Shown one piece after another: positions 28,817 through 39,629 of a stretch of DNA of 64,000 nt. Below the pieces are notes generated by a model. The model saw nothing but the letters and a program-made list of their open reading frames with translations, had not been told where the DNA came from and did not search any database. The stretch is from a virus: IMG/VR virus record IMGVR_UViG_3300012931_000001, positions 4,711 to 68,710 of that record. One strand, 5' to 3'. A program made the position numbers and the translations under genes. Position 1 is the stretch's first letter. The number at the start of each line of letters is the position of its first letter.

Positions 28817-29461
28817 TCATAGGTTGAGTAGATATTCCGTATACTGGGTTGCAATTGCATTCGCAATACCTTTGAAGGTTTTTGATCTCGCTTTTCTTCT
28901 TTCTTCTTTTGGTAGTTTAAGCGTTTCAAAATGCAATTTCCCATCCGTCCTACCAGATTTGTGCATTATAATATTTGGTTCGACAATATTTGTATATTTA
29001 AGTTTCGGAAGACTTTTAAGCCAAAGGCATGTCCCCTTCCGTTCCGCGTCTCCAAAATGATATGGATGTATAATCTGGTCTGGCTTCCTATATCTTGTGC
29101 TCATTATCCCGATAGGGTTCTCTATGGCAATATGTTTTATGTTCGCATTCGCCAGATTCATAAAAAACTCAACCGCTTTTTCCCTATCATCATGTATGGT
29201 TGGGAACCGCTCCGAATATTCAGGTTTATAGTATTTATTTGCAGCCACGGTTAATCTGGTACATTCAGGATGCGCAATCATTAAATCCCACCCATCATTT
29301 ATAACCTCGAAAACATCCCGCTGTATATGCCACTCCGGATGTCCACCGCTGCACGGGAGCAGATCGCAGCTATACGCCTCTATTCCTAATTTGCGAAACT
29401 CAATACATACAGCCTGAGATTCCTCGCACGCCACCAAGACCCTGATTTCTTCTTTTTTCAT
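28817..29461 (-). CDS. Short phage DNA cytosine-C5 methyltransferase-like protein
   Basis: Start MKKEEIRVLVACEESQ; SCDL, DLMIAHPECT, IAIENP, RSKTF..IANAIATQ. Confidence 0.7.
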   Translation of the reverse strand: MKKEEIRVLVACEESQAVCIEFRKLGIEAYSCDLLPCSGGHPEWHIQRDVFEVINDGWDLMIAHPECTRLTVAANKYYKPEYSERFPTIHDDREKAVEFFMNLANANIKHIAIENPIGIMSTRYRKPDQIIHPYHFGDAERKGTCLWLKSLPKLKYTNIVEPNIIMHKSGRTDGKLHFETLKLPKEERRKARSKTFKGIANAIATQYTEYLLNL

Positions 29462-29462
29462 A

Positions 29463-29879
29463 TTATATAAATTTATTTCTATCCCACACAAAAGACCCTG
29501 TCTTAACCTTTTCCAGATACGCCAAGACTTTGCGCGGGTCAATCCATACGGGGCGTCCTTGGATGATTGATTTGAACTGCTCGAAGTCGTCACAGAAACC
29601 GCCGCAGTCACAAACTTCAAGGATCCATTTTGCCTGGTTTGTGACGCGCGAAACCGTGTGGCTTTCACCCGGATATTTCATTTCGATCCCAATCAATCCC
29701 CGCCCTTTCGGCTCATATTTCAGTAGGTCAGAAACTCCGACGGTCATTCCGAGAGAGTTCTTCGCCCCGGTGTTTGCGCCCTCGTTAAAAGTGGCCCAAA
29801 GAAAGTGAATATCTTGATACCACTCGTTTCTGTACCATTTCACACATTCTGCTTGTAATCTACCTTCGGGTTGTGCCAC
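29463..29879 (-). CDS. VRR-NUC nuclease
   Basis: EGRLQAECVKW, GVSDL, IEMKY (PD-(D/E)xK). Confidence 0.8.
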   Translation of the reverse strand: MAQPEGRLQAECVKWYRNEWYQDIHFLWATFNEGANTGAKNSLGMTVGVSDLLKYEPKGRGLIGIEMKYPGESHTVSRVTNQAKWILEVCDCGGFCDDFEQFKSIIQGRPVWIDPRKVLAYLEKVKTGSFVWDRNKFI

Positions 29880-29882
29880 AGT

Positions 29883-30176
29883 TTATTTTATTTCTAATAA
29901 AATAAGAACGGCTGTTCGATAAACTAATCTCTTTGCAGTCAAGTATAAATTTCCAAAATCTGGCCTGCTCATCACATTTTTAGCCCACCATTGGAAGTCT
30001 TCCTGCTTGTCAAGGAAATCAGTTACATATCTGGCTGATATATTTTTAGGCTCAGGTAGGTTTCCGTTATTTACGAGCCTGCAAATCTCGACGCTCATCC
30101 AGTTGTCAATACTTTCGTCCCACGCTGAGTGTGATTCATCAATATTATACTTTTTAAAAAGCTCTTGCTTTGTCAT
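29883..30176 (-). CDS. Hypothetical protein
   Basis: 97-aa co-oriented ORF. Confidence 0.55.
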   Translation of the reverse strand: MTKQELFKKYNIDESHSAWDESIDNWMSVEICRLVNNGNLPEPKNISARYVTDFLDKQEDFQWWAKNVMSRPDFGNLYLTAKRLVYRTAVLILLEIK

Positions 30177-30183
30177 TTTTTTT

Positions 30184-31146
30184 TTATTTTCTTATTAAAT
30201 AATCCAAAACCAAATCACCCATATCCGCCTTCGCTCCGCACTCCCAGCCATGATAATTTTTCCACCAGCGGGAACATTGCCCGGGATACCTCTTATTCCA
30301 TTCTTCCCACGCATCTATATCCGACAGTATCGTCCAGTCCGGTTGCACCCAGCTTTTCGGCATGTTATTTTTCCCACCAGTTGCCAAGAAAATATGCTTT
30401 CCAAAATAAGCGGCGCAGACTACAGCGGTCTTCTCTGCCTCGACCACAAAAATCCGTTCGCCATCCTTCCTGTCTTTCAGTAAATGCTCCCCGAAAAGAC
30501 ACCGGTTGGAGAAACCCTTTCCTTTTTTGAACCTTCGTCCGCCGCCGTATTCGTGGTCTCGATGCCCATCGAGTCCGTACAGCATCAGCTTGTCATGGCA
30601 AACACCCTTGCTGTTAACATACCAAAATTGTGTCATATTAGAACTTTCCGCTGACCCTGCGATTTTAAACGGATAGCAGCCGACCAGATATTTACGTAAA
30701 TAAAACTCGGCTTTTTCCTTCCCGAATGTCGCAGCCATGAATAGCGAAAAATTATCCTTGACCTGAAGGCGCTTTTCGTAACTCTGTTCCATAAATACGC
30801 GCGGGACGAATTTCGACTCGACCACCAGTTCTATCGTATCCGGCACTTCAAATACCGCACCGCCCAGAGCCAGCAGTTTTTGCCTGGCCTCGACCGGCGT
30901 GCGGCATCCTCCGTATTTTTGCATCCACGCGAAAAGCGTCAGGTATTCTCCGCCCTGCTCAAAAACCTGTACCCCGTCATCGACCATCCTGCATACCAGC
31001 TTGTCCCAGCGGTTCGAGTACGCCCCGTCGATATGGCGTGAGGCGAACCAGCGCGGACCTTTGCGGATCATCGGCATCGACATTATCTGCGGAAGTATCG
31101 AAAATACTTTCGCGTAGTCTATTCGGGTTTGTTCAAATTTGCCCAT
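30184..31146 (-). CDS. Primase-like Toprim protein (DUF6371-like)
   Basis: Likely start MGKFEQ; CLFGEHLL, FVVEAEKTA, FLATGG, DMGD; adjacent to the helicase. Confidence 0.75.
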   Translation of the reverse strand: MGKFEQTRIDYAKVFSILPQIMSMPMIRKGPRWFASRHIDGAYSNRWDKLVCRMVDDGVQVFEQGGEYLTLFAWMQKYGGCRTPVEARQKLLALGGAVFEVPDTIELVVESKFVPRVFMEQSYEKRLQVKDNFSLFMAATFGKEKAEFYLRKYLVGCYPFKIAGSAESSNMTQFWYVNSKGVCHDKLMLYGLDGHRDHEYGGGRRFKKGKGFSNRCLFGEHLLKDRKDGERIFVVEAEKTAVVCAAYFGKHIFLATGGKNNMPKSWVQPDWTILSDIDAWEEWNKRYPGQCSRWWKNYHGWECGAKADMGDLVLDYLIRK

Positions 31147-31147
31147 A

Positions 31148-32605
31148 TCAAAAAGGTAATTCCTGTTCTTCTTCCGTAAATACACCCAATCCGGTTTCCT
31201 TCTCTGGTTCTCCGATTTCATCCCCATCGTTGAAATCGATCTTATAAAACGACCAGCCAGTGCTTTTCTTGCCAAAAATCCGAAGTGTCGGTTCATATGT
31301 AAAATTCTCTTGTCGTATATCATCGAAAAAATTATTCTTGGATTTCGGGGTGTTCCGCCAGCTGGTGCAATATTCGACGTAATTAGAGAATAAGTCTACC
31401 GAGTGCATGCAATCCCTATGCCCAGCCTGCCCAGGCTTCAGCCTTCCTACCCACCCTTTTTCTTCAAGGAACGACAGGACGCTACTGGAATGCTGTCTCA
31501 TTTTTCTATTCGCATCTTCCATCTTTTCCGATTCGGTAAATTGCCCATGTGATTTTACCAGCCTTTCCCGCCCCTCCATTATCCAATTCAGAATTCCAGA
31601 TGCCTCGGTCCTTAATTTCAGTTCCACGTATCCATCAGCGGACTTCCCCTCAAATGTCTTTTCAAAACGGACAATCTTATATCTCCTCCAGTTCCCATTC
31701 GTCGAGTCGGTCGTAACCGGGACCTTGTTTATGCTCGCCATCATCAGCGGCATCTCCCTTGCCGTGAACGGAGCCATTCCGATGGGTCGAGCCATGATTG
31801 GATCATAGGATGTTATCGCCTTAAATTGCCCCCCAGAAAAGTCCTTGTCTCCCATATCTGAGACGTTGTTCAATAATTTACCGTTTGCCACAGCCGTGTT
31901 GTAATTTGCATCATTGGTGGTACAAAGCTGTGGAAAGGAAAAGTTCGTATAATTTTCTTGCCCAATAACGTAATTTATAGTATCTCCGAGTACCGTTTTC
32001 CCATTTGCCCCCGTTCCGTAGAGAAACATGGCGACCGCTACTTTCATATCAGCTCTGTCGATAAACATCAGCCCAAAAAATTCCTGCAATACCTTTATTG
32101 AATCCTCGTCGGATATGACTTCGGTCAAAAATTTTCGCCACTCAGGGCATTTCGCTTTTGGGTCATAGCCGTGCGGAATGTGCGTTCTCGTCATCCACTC
32201 CGGTCCATGCTCGTGCGATTTCATGTCGTTAAGCGTCAGCACGCAGTTATTGAAGGATATTATACTTTTCGACGGCTCAAACGACTTCATTTTGCGCGAC
32301 CGGTATATACGCTTAAAAATAGACTCAATGCTTTTCATTTGATATGGTATACCAATCTCAAGCTCCTCAAGCAGCCCGCAAATTAAATCATATACATTAT
32401 TGCTACTTAATTTCTCGTACTTTATTCCGTTGTATATAAATAATGTTTCCTCTCCTTTTCTGATTCCATTCTCCGATGCAACCCTTGCAATTTCAATAGC
32501 AATCTTACCCTCTATCACCACATCCACCTTGGTGTGTTCAGCCCCAAGGCCGCCAAGGGTGGAGAGGGCTTGGGATAGCCTTCCTATTACATGGTCCATT
32601 TCCAT
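31148..32605 (-). CDS. SF3 D5/P4-family replicative helicase
   Basis: D5_N region (SFNNCVL, YDPKAKCPEW), Walker A GTGANGKT, MASINK, NWRR; winged-helix tail. Confidence 0.88.
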   Translation of the reverse strand: MEMDHVIGRLSQALSTLGGLGAEHTKVDVVIEGKIAIEIARVASENGIRKGEETLFIYNGIKYEKLSSNNVYDLICGLLEELEIGIPYQMKSIESIFKRIYRSRKMKSFEPSKSIISFNNCVLTLNDMKSHEHGPEWMTRTHIPHGYDPKAKCPEWRKFLTEVISDEDSIKVLQEFFGLMFIDRADMKVAVAMFLYGTGANGKTVLGDTINYVIGQENYTNFSFPQLCTTNDANYNTAVANGKLLNNVSDMGDKDFSGGQFKAITSYDPIMARPIGMAPFTAREMPLMMASINKVPVTTDSTNGNWRRYKIVRFEKTFEGKSADGYVELKLRTEASGILNWIMEGRERLVKSHGQFTESEKMEDANRKMRQHSSSVLSFLEEKGWVGRLKPGQAGHRDCMHSVDLFSNYVEYCTSWRNTPKSKNNFFDDIRQENFTYEPTLRIFGKKSTGWSFYKIDFNDGDEIGEPEKETGLGVFTEEEQELPF

Positions 32606-32608
32606 GGA

Positions 32609-32902
32609 TTATTCCTCCGATGTTTCCGATTCTCTTCCTTGTTCTGATTCCGCTACGGCTTCCGGTTCCAGTTCAGGCCCGGCAGATTCCGTCGAAGCTA
32701 TCTCTGCCCTCAAAACGGTGAATCCGTCAGCAAGGCGATACAGCAGTACCCCCCTGGAACTGTCCCTGATCGCGCGAGGCTCGCTGCCCTTCGTCCAAAG
32801 ACGTATGGTTTCTGGATGTTTCCCCACCAACTTGCAAAACTGGGAAAGGGAATACCATTTGTATCCGTCGAATTCGGCGGTGTGGATTGCTATTTCTTCC
32901 AT
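32609..32902 (-). CDS. Small HTH DNA-binding protein (MerR/excisionase-like)
   Basis: WYSLSQFCKLVGKHPETIRLW; acidic tail. Confidence 0.6.
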   Translation of the reverse strand: MEEIAIHTAEFDGYKWYSLSQFCKLVGKHPETIRLWTKGSEPRAIRDSSRGVLLYRLADGFTVLRAEIASTESAGPELEPEAVAESEQGRESETSEE

Positions 32903-32974
32903 TTTCAAATTATTTATTTTCAAAAGCAAATATAATACAATTAATCCAAAATGTGCGGCTATTGTCCAATTATT

Positions 32975-33814
32975 TTAAATTTTTGACAATTTCCAGTCAG
33001 TCGGGTAATAATCGTCATTTCCGTACCTTTCTTGGAATGCATCCGATATATTTCTCCCGCAATGTACGGCCTCCCCATCCATTATATTCTTGACATACCA
33101 CATCTGCCACCACGAGAATGTGGAGCTACCGCCAATGAAATAGTCGCAGCTTGCACCAAGTACGAACTGATCCATAGGGTCTGAGTGGTACATCGGGCCG
33201 TGCAGGTGAGTATTGTTCGGCTCCGGGTAAAAGAACGGCTGGTCGTGAAAATAAGAGCGGCACCACGCGATGTCGTCGGAAAACACCACGACCTTGCTGT
33301 TCTTTTTCCATGAAGGATAAAACTTGCCAAGCGTTTCAAAATACCACGTCTCTGGTATCTGATAAAAAACCTCGTGCCCGACAAAATCTCCACGACGGAT
33401 TCCAAGCCCGACAAGCTGGGCTTCCTTGAACCCATCATATTTATCAAGGGTCGATTCTACGGCGTCGCGGCTAAACTGGAACTTTTCTTTCACTATTCCG
33501 ACGTCAAACCACTTCTCGGATTGCAGAAAGCAAGTCAGATCAAAATTTATAACCTTATTTCGATTGCTGCGAAAAAACTCATACATGTAATTTTTCGCTG
33601 TATCAGAATATCCCGGCCCCGGTGCCTGAAAAAGCAGGTCGTACTCGGTATCGGTAGTCAGTTTCGGCGGATGCGCAAGATATTTCCATAGAAAATATTT
33701 AGCCGGCATCTCCACCTCATGCCCGGTCGCCTCGGCCACGCTCACGATGGTCGCGTACACAAAAAGCCAGTTCCCGAGTCGTGTGTGCTGCCCAAATTGG
33801 TTGCATCGTATCAT
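32975..33814 (-). CDS. GT11 alpha-1,2-fucosyltransferase-like protein
   Basis: RLGNWLF, FLQSEKWF, GIRRGDF, VFSDDIAWC, SSTFSWW: the conserved GT11 motifs. Confidence 0.85.
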   Translation of the reverse strand: MIRCNQFGQHTRLGNWLFVYATIVSVAEATGHEVEMPAKYFLWKYLAHPPKLTTDTEYDLLFQAPGPGYSDTAKNYMYEFFRSNRNKVINFDLTCFLQSEKWFDVGIVKEKFQFSRDAVESTLDKYDGFKEAQLVGLGIRRGDFVGHEVFYQIPETWYFETLGKFYPSWKKNSKVVVFSDDIAWCRSYFHDQPFFYPEPNNTHLHGPMYHSDPMDQFVLGASCDYFIGGSSTFSWWQMWYVKNIMDGEAVHCGRNISDAFQERYGNDDYYPTDWKLSKI

Positions 33815-34545
33815 AGGAATCTCCTCCTATTTTTAAATCCATTTTGAAAATATTCCTCATGCGCAGCGTCTGGGAGTCCATAATGAAAATTCCAACCTTT
33901 ATGCTTGCTATCCTCGGCTATTCCGCGATCACGGATCTCGTGCTGCCTTGCAAGCCCCGTGTCCCAGTTCTGCCACTTAGTATGATACAGCGGATAATGG
34001 ATTTCGCTCCATTTTGGCTGTACCACATCTCGCATCGTGGGTTGGCAGGTGTGGCTGCCAGGGGCAAAATTCATGTCGAGAACCGAAGGCGCGTGAAAAA
34101 GGACGCTCTTACAATACCCTTCGGATTCGATTCCCCAAAATTCATCCGGCTTGTCATCGTCCGCGCCAAAGAGTTCTACTCCTTGGCATTTACACAGGTT
34201 CCATTTTTCGCCGTCATTGCAATCAAGTAAATCTTGCTCTGTAATATCGATAAGTTCATCGCTGTCGCATACGATTATAAACATCGCATTAGACCTTTTC
34301 CATGCGTTGTTCCTTAAAGAAATCAAGGCAGATTCATCCATTTTTCCACCGGTATCAAATTGGCGAAACTTCACCTTGTTTATATCGCATACAAATCGCG
34401 TTTCATTACCATCCGTTGACATGTTATCATGAACGGTTATGTCGCACATGGGCACTCTTTCTCGATACCATTTAATAAAACGCTCGACGGTTGCCGGCTC
34501 GTTCCAGCTTGTTGTGAAAATTTCTAATAGTGGCCGCATAATCAA
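33811..34545 (-). CDS. GT2-like glycosyltransferase
   Basis: WNE, VHDNMSTD, RNNAW, IVCDSDE, PGSH, LYHTKW. Confidence 0.8.
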   Translation of the reverse strand: MIMRPLLEIFTTSWNEPATVERFIKWYRERVPMCDITVHDNMSTDGNETRFVCDINKVKFRQFDTGGKMDESALISLRNNAWKRSNAMFIIVCDSDELIDITEQDLLDCNDGEKWNLCKCQGVELFGADDDKPDEFWGIESEGYCKSVLFHAPSVLDMNFAPGSHTCQPTMRDVVQPKWSEIHYPLYHTKWQNWDTGLARQHEIRDRGIAEDSKHKGWNFHYGLPDAAHEEYFQNGFKNRRRFL

Positions 34546-34907
34546 TCTTTTTTGGTTGTAATAAAATCAAGAATCTTTTTGTTTATTTCGCGCATATCAG
34601 CCAAGTGTGACTCTGTTGCTTGTAGTTTTCCAGTAATAAGATTTTCTTCCGGGGTTTTTATGCCCATGCTGTGTTGATTGTCAGATATAGCCTTAAAAAG
34701 ATGCGCGGCAAATTCGGAAGGCAACGATAAAAACGGCTTCAAATACGAGGATCTAACGATACACGGGTCGATTAATGTTTCGATAAGTTTGCCCCTGTTT
34801 TGGGATATATTCTTCGATCCGTCCACGCAACGCTTTGTTACCCACACAGCTACACTTCTTGTGTTGAAATCATTCTGGATATGAATTTCGTACTGTTCCA
34901 TTTTCAA
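34542..34907 (-). CDS. Hypothetical protein
   Basis: 121-aa ORF coupled to both neighbours. Confidence 0.6.
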   Translation of the reverse strand: MKMEQYEIHIQNDFNTRSVAVWVTKRCVDGSKNISQNRGKLIETLIDPCIVRSSYLKPFLSLPSEFAAHLFKAISDNQHSMGIKTPEENLITGKLQATESHLADMREINKKILDFITTKKD

Positions 34908-35464
34908 TCTTTTTTAAACACAATCAAACAATCATCCCACCTGCCCTTTATATGGCGCAGATTCACTATCCAGCATTTTCCGCCATCCGGTGCCAAGGCG
35001 ATCAGTTCCTCTTCGCGGCCTTCGGGAATATCCTCGATAATTAGGAATCCGCCAGGCTTGAGATAAGCGGGGAAGTTTTGAAGGGCGTAGATTTGGTGTG
35101 ATTTTTCATGACTTCCATCCTCGATTATAACGTCAAACATGCCATGCTTAAAAATCCTATCCCAATATTCTGGACTATAAGCATTAACCGTCCATAAATT
35201 CATATTATAAAACCAAGATGGGATATTACTTTCATTAACGCCAGTTCGGTCAACTATATCAATTCCGCATATATGCGCACTCTTCATGTAGTCTCGCATT
35301 AGGCGAATTGATCCGCCTTTGTAGACTCCAATCTCAAGGATATTCAACTCCGCATTCTCTTTCCCCGCAAATAATTCATCATAGAACGCTGCATACGAGT
35401 GGCCGGAGAACTTATCCGTGCAAAATAAAGCCGGATTCGACGCTTGTAATTCTGAAATGCGCAT
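34904..35464 (-). CDS. Class I SAM-dependent O-methyltransferase
   Basis: TDK..GHSYAAFY, ILEIGVYKGGS, GIDI, FDVIIEDGSH, LKPGGFLIIEDI, resembling sugar O-methyltransferases. Confidence 0.85.
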   Translation of the reverse strand: MRISELQASNPALFCTDKFSGHSYAAFYDELFAGKENAELNILEIGVYKGGSIRLMRDYMKSAHICGIDIVDRTGVNESNIPSWFYNMNLWTVNAYSPEYWDRIFKHGMFDVIIEDGSHEKSHQIYALQNFPAYLKPGGFLIIEDIPEGREEELIALAPDGGKCWIVNLRHIKGRWDDCLIVFKKD

Positions 35465-35470
35465 AATTAT

Positions 35471-35940
35471 TTATTTAGTTGTTGTTTTTATTAATTTAGG
35501 TAATTTCCCATTAGATATTATCCACTCATGTACAGCTTGCAATAACCCTCCTTCTCCAAAATCTGCCGTAATTGTGACCATCCCTATATCATATAATCTT
35601 GAATTTTCGCTTACTAATGGGTGTATTATAACATCTCCAACCCCATGCATATCCACCTTAGTCCAATCCATAGACTCAAAAGCTTCGAGACGCAGAACCC
35701 TATCCTCATTATTGATCGCTTCGTTTTTCACAATACCCCAGCCCGGTGTTTAATGATTGCTTCGATGATTTCATTGAAATCCACCGATTCGCATAGCCTG
35801 CCAGACGTGCATGAGACAAGGGCTACTCTATCCTCGTGGACAACCACAGCAAGTTTATCACTGTTTGATCGAAACGCGTTTTTATCGTGTTTTTCGAACC
35901 CAAGCGCCTTAATCAGCGCGATAAAAGATCTTTTTGTCAT
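35471..35940 (-). other. Two small hypothetical genes (35471-35731, 35728-35940)
   Basis: Coupled ORFs. Confidence 0.5.
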
Positions 35941-35954
35941 TTTTCTTATTTTAT

Positions 35955-36509
35955 TTAATCAATTTTAAAAACACCCATCCTATACAACGCCAGCACAATG
36001 TCAGCCTCATGGAAAGCATCGTCCGCCCCACGGTGTTTTTCGACGTACCCGTGATCCGTGCCGAAGAAATGATTATACGCCTCCTCAACTTTCGGCCATT
36101 TATAGCTTCCGTACTTTCCGGACAGTTGGCATATATCCGTTGACAAGAGCATCAGGCATGGTAGCTTTCTCGGAAACCTTACCCCGCGACTTTCCAAGAA
36201 GTTGAAATCAAACGCCCGATTGTATGCGGTTGCCCCAAGTGGGTAAGCGTCAAGTATGGACTGGATTTCCGGGATCAATAGCGCAAGTTGCGGGGAGTTC
36301 TGGATCTCCTCGACGCTCATGTACCCATTCGTTACGATCCAACTTTCCTCGACTTCCTTGCGGGTGATCGGGCGCTCATGCACCACTTTGTCAAACAGGA
36401 TCTTCTTTTCACCGGATTCAAGGTTGAGTGAGATGATCCCAACTTCGACAATCTTGCCACCCTTGCCTTGAAAATCCGTGGTCTCAATATCTATTATAAG
36501 TATCTCCAT
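35955..36509 (-). CDS. DEDDh 3'-5' exonuclease (DnaQ-like)
   Basis: IDIETT, AYNRAFDFNFL, HRGADDA. Confidence 0.88.
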   Translation of the reverse strand: MEILIIDIETTDFQGKGGKIVEVGIISLNLESGEKKILFDKVVHERPITRKEVEESWIVTNGYMSVEEIQNSPQLALLIPEIQSILDAYPLGATAYNRAFDFNFLESRGVRFPRKLPCLMLLSTDICQLSGKYGSYKWPKVEEAYNHFFGTDHGYVEKHRGADDAFHEADIVLALYRMGVFKID

Positions 36510-36514
36510 GTCAG

Positions 36515-37102
36515 TTAGTTATGAACGAATAGCGCGCGCGCTATATGATACGCCACCAACCCTCTCCGAGCGCATTCCTTTGCGCAGGATTCAGCGTAGA
36601 ACCCGTCGGCACTAAAATCGTCATGTGTAAATCCTACGAATTTTGAGATGTCGGCTCGGACTATAAAACATCCCATATCCAAACCACCTTCAAACAGTCG
36701 GCTGCGGTGGTATCCGTAGTTCAGATGCGAGTGAATTGTATCTGAATAGATAAATCCAGCATTCTCCTTTTTGGTCGCCTCCATCATTTGAGAAACAAAT
36801 TGGGGACAATAATAGTTGTCTGAATTAGATAATAAGACCCAATCGTTTTCGTCTGCAACAAGCGAGTTTAAAAAATATCTGCGGTTGATATGCCCGTATT
36901 TCCCATTCCGTTTTAATGTGCAAGTAAATTTTATACGGGGATCGTCTTTATACCGATCCATTATTTTATGTACAACTTTCGGCGCCGGCCCGTCGTGGAC
37001 TATGAGCATCTCCCAGTTAGGGTTAGTCTGTAACAAGAAAGAACCTATGGATACCTCCAGTTCGTGGGTGTGATTGTATGTTACAAATATTGATTTAAGC
37101 AT
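36515..37102 (-). CDS. GT2 family glycosyltransferase
   Basis: FVTYN, WEMLIVHDGP, GHINRR, LSNSDNYY, LDMGCF, SADG. Confidence 0.85.
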   Translation of the reverse strand: MLKSIFVTYNHTHELEVSIGSFLLQTNPNWEMLIVHDGPAPKVVHKIMDRYKDDPRIKFTCTLKRNGKYGHINRRYFLNSLVADENDWVLLSNSDNYYCPQFVSQMMEATKKENAGFIYSDTIHSHLNYGYHRSRLFEGGLDMGCFIVRADISKFVGFTHDDFSADGFYAESCAKECARRGLVAYHIARALFVHN

Positions 37103-37104
37103 GG

Positions 37105-39624
37105 TTAAATTTTTTCGAATTCTTTTTCAAGTTTACATAATTCCCGCTCGTGAATGGACAGGAGGGTGCGCTTTGTTGCCTCAAGTATAATTCTTACAGA
37201 TTGGCCGAGCTGACTTGTCGGGTTTGCCGCCACGGATAGCTTCATGTCAGGTACGTCACGAGACGAGTATGCCTGTGCTATCGATATTTCACCACCGCAT
37301 TCCATTGAGAGCGAATTTATTATGTTTTTAAATACCCCTATTCTTTCATACAATTCATTTGCCGCTTTTAACTGTTCTTGTGTCATTTTTCTTTAGTTTT
37401 TAGTTGAATACATTTAATATTTCTCTGGTTTTTTAGCTAAAATAGTCAATACGAGCTCATTCTGTCCTATCCCACCGGAGTCGACTCTGAGTTCCGCATT
37501 AGGAAAAACGAGAGTCATTCCGTCCTCGCATTCAACTGTCAATTTTGGCCCGTCCCACGTAAGGCTGGTTACTTTTATTTCCATCTGTTTTATTTTATTT
37601 TCATCTCTGCCCGTCCGATATTTTCGTCCAATTTAAACTTCACCAGGTCGTTTGCAATTATTGACATCAGAATTGACCGATACGCGTCGTGTTTCCACTT
37701 TTCCATTTCAATTTTCCGAACAATAATTCCTCCGTCGGGTCCGTATTCGTTGATGACAAAATCCACCATACGCACGTCGTGTTGGTCGAGTTCTTTTGCT
37801 ATTGCTAACTTCATTTCGTTAAATTTATTAAAAAATTCTGCACCATTTCCATCTCCGGATTTCTGAACGCGTGATCCACATAGCTACAAGGTTCGGCATA
37901 ATGATATGAGTTGAGCCGAATGTGTTCCTCGCAGGCCTTTTCGGTAAAGAACGCGTTCTGATACTTGTATTCGTAATCAAAATTCATCTTCTGCCATCCG
38001 GCTTCCTCCATGATCTCTTCCTGTTCCCATGATTCGAGCGTTACAAATCGTGCAACAAACATATTATTATCATTGTTAAAATCGTTAATGGCATCCACCA
38101 CTTCGGTTTCCGTTTCCAATATTATTCCATCCTTATACCAGCCTTCCGTGCCGCATCCCTCCGGTACTGCAATCCGTTCATTTGTCTGGATCTGGAATAG
38201 GATTGGGTATGCGGTTCCTCGATTATCCTGCGCGTTCATGTTCTTAGAAATCTCGACAAGGGCGTCGTAGACGCTATCCTCAACTTGAATTGTTTTCATT
38301 TTGATTCAGGTTTAACCACCCGCAGGCGATATTCAACAACGCAGTCAGTTTCGGATTTCAAATTTCGGGTACACTCAACCATTCCCAATTCCTGAAGTTG
38401 CCGGATAATGTTTCCCGATATTTCCCGCGCCTGTCTGAAATTAAGTTCTTCGGGCGTATATTTGATTGCCTCCTCTCGCTTGATCCGAACTTCGCCCCAT
38501 AGATCTACAATTTCAAGACTGCGCTTCAAAAACATAGGGTCGGGTTGTCCACATCCTCCAGTCGTCTTCGGTTCATTCCAATCTTTTTCTATCCCCAATA
38601 TCTTGGCGATAAAGTTCATGATTTTTTTCTTAGTTTTCAGTTCCATTTTATTTATACGTTTTTCGAATCAATTCCTTACTCGCAAACCTCTCCATGCAAT
38701 TATGGTTCGTGCATTTAAACTCTTTCGTTAGAAAATCATGCGGGTCGTAATAGGCTTTCTTCTGCCCACATATAGGGCAAGGCTGATAAAGTAGGGGTCC
38801 ACCACCCCAACCGCTTCCTTCCGTCCTGCTCATTTGTCTACTTTTTTCAACGCCAAATTCACTACATCATATATCAATCTGGTAACTTCTACTTCATAGC
38901 GGCCCATTATCACACGGTCTCCTTGTTTCACTTCCGGCTCGGTTGCGGCCCACGTTTTCGCCAAGCCCATCAATTCATACAGCACCGGTTCTCCGAATTT
39001 TTCGCGGATCTTATTCTTATTCAGAAGGGTATATCTCATTTCCCCACTATTTTAAATCCACGTTTTCCCGCATCCTCCATAACCATCGACCCTTCCGGCG
39101 CCGTGGCAAAATTACTCAACGCTCCACATCCGGGTTCAGAGAAAAATAAGAATTCGCCACCCTGCCTGCGTATCGCTGCGGCCTCCAGTGCGATCACCAT
39201 TTTGTTGGGTAAGATTATTGTGTAGCTTTTCATGTCATTCAAATATAAATTCGCCAACAGCCATTTCTTTTATCTTCTTCAGCGCTTCTTTTGATGGAGC
39301 CACCCCGTCGCACATGATGGGCTCAACACCTTGAACGCAGTGTTGAATATTCTGTATTGCATCAGATAAAACACTTCCAATCATACGGCAAACCTCGCCG
39401 TTTGATCCGTATACAAACAGCTTGTTCGGATGGAATTTCCCACTAATCCACAAGGCTGCCGAATACGGCTTAAACTCGGAAAGTTGCATTTTTGCGTTGT
39501 CAATGTTTAGAACAACAACCCTTGCCTCGTGAAGGCTTTCATGGTGGCCGGATTTAGGATCAAAAACATAGACCGAGACCTTCTTAAATATTTTCTCGAC
39601 CGCTATTTTTTCAAACTTTCTCAT
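37105..39624 (-). other. Run of about nine small hypothetical genes (37105-37386, 37590-37814, 37811-38299, 38296-38646, 38648-38833, 38830-39039, 39036-39233, 39235-39624)
   Basis: Translationally coupled ORFs; 37811-38299 has the QDNR...NAFFTE..C.EHI..N motif common in phages. Confidence 0.6.
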
Positions 39625-39629
39625 GTCAT

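Noticed and set aside
32975-37102. DNA glycosylation (T4-like hypermodification) as the default reading of the GT genes
   Set aside because: No hydroxymethylase, TET/JBP, 7-deazaguanine or polymerase gene was recognised to provide an acceptor base. Disfavoured, not excluded.
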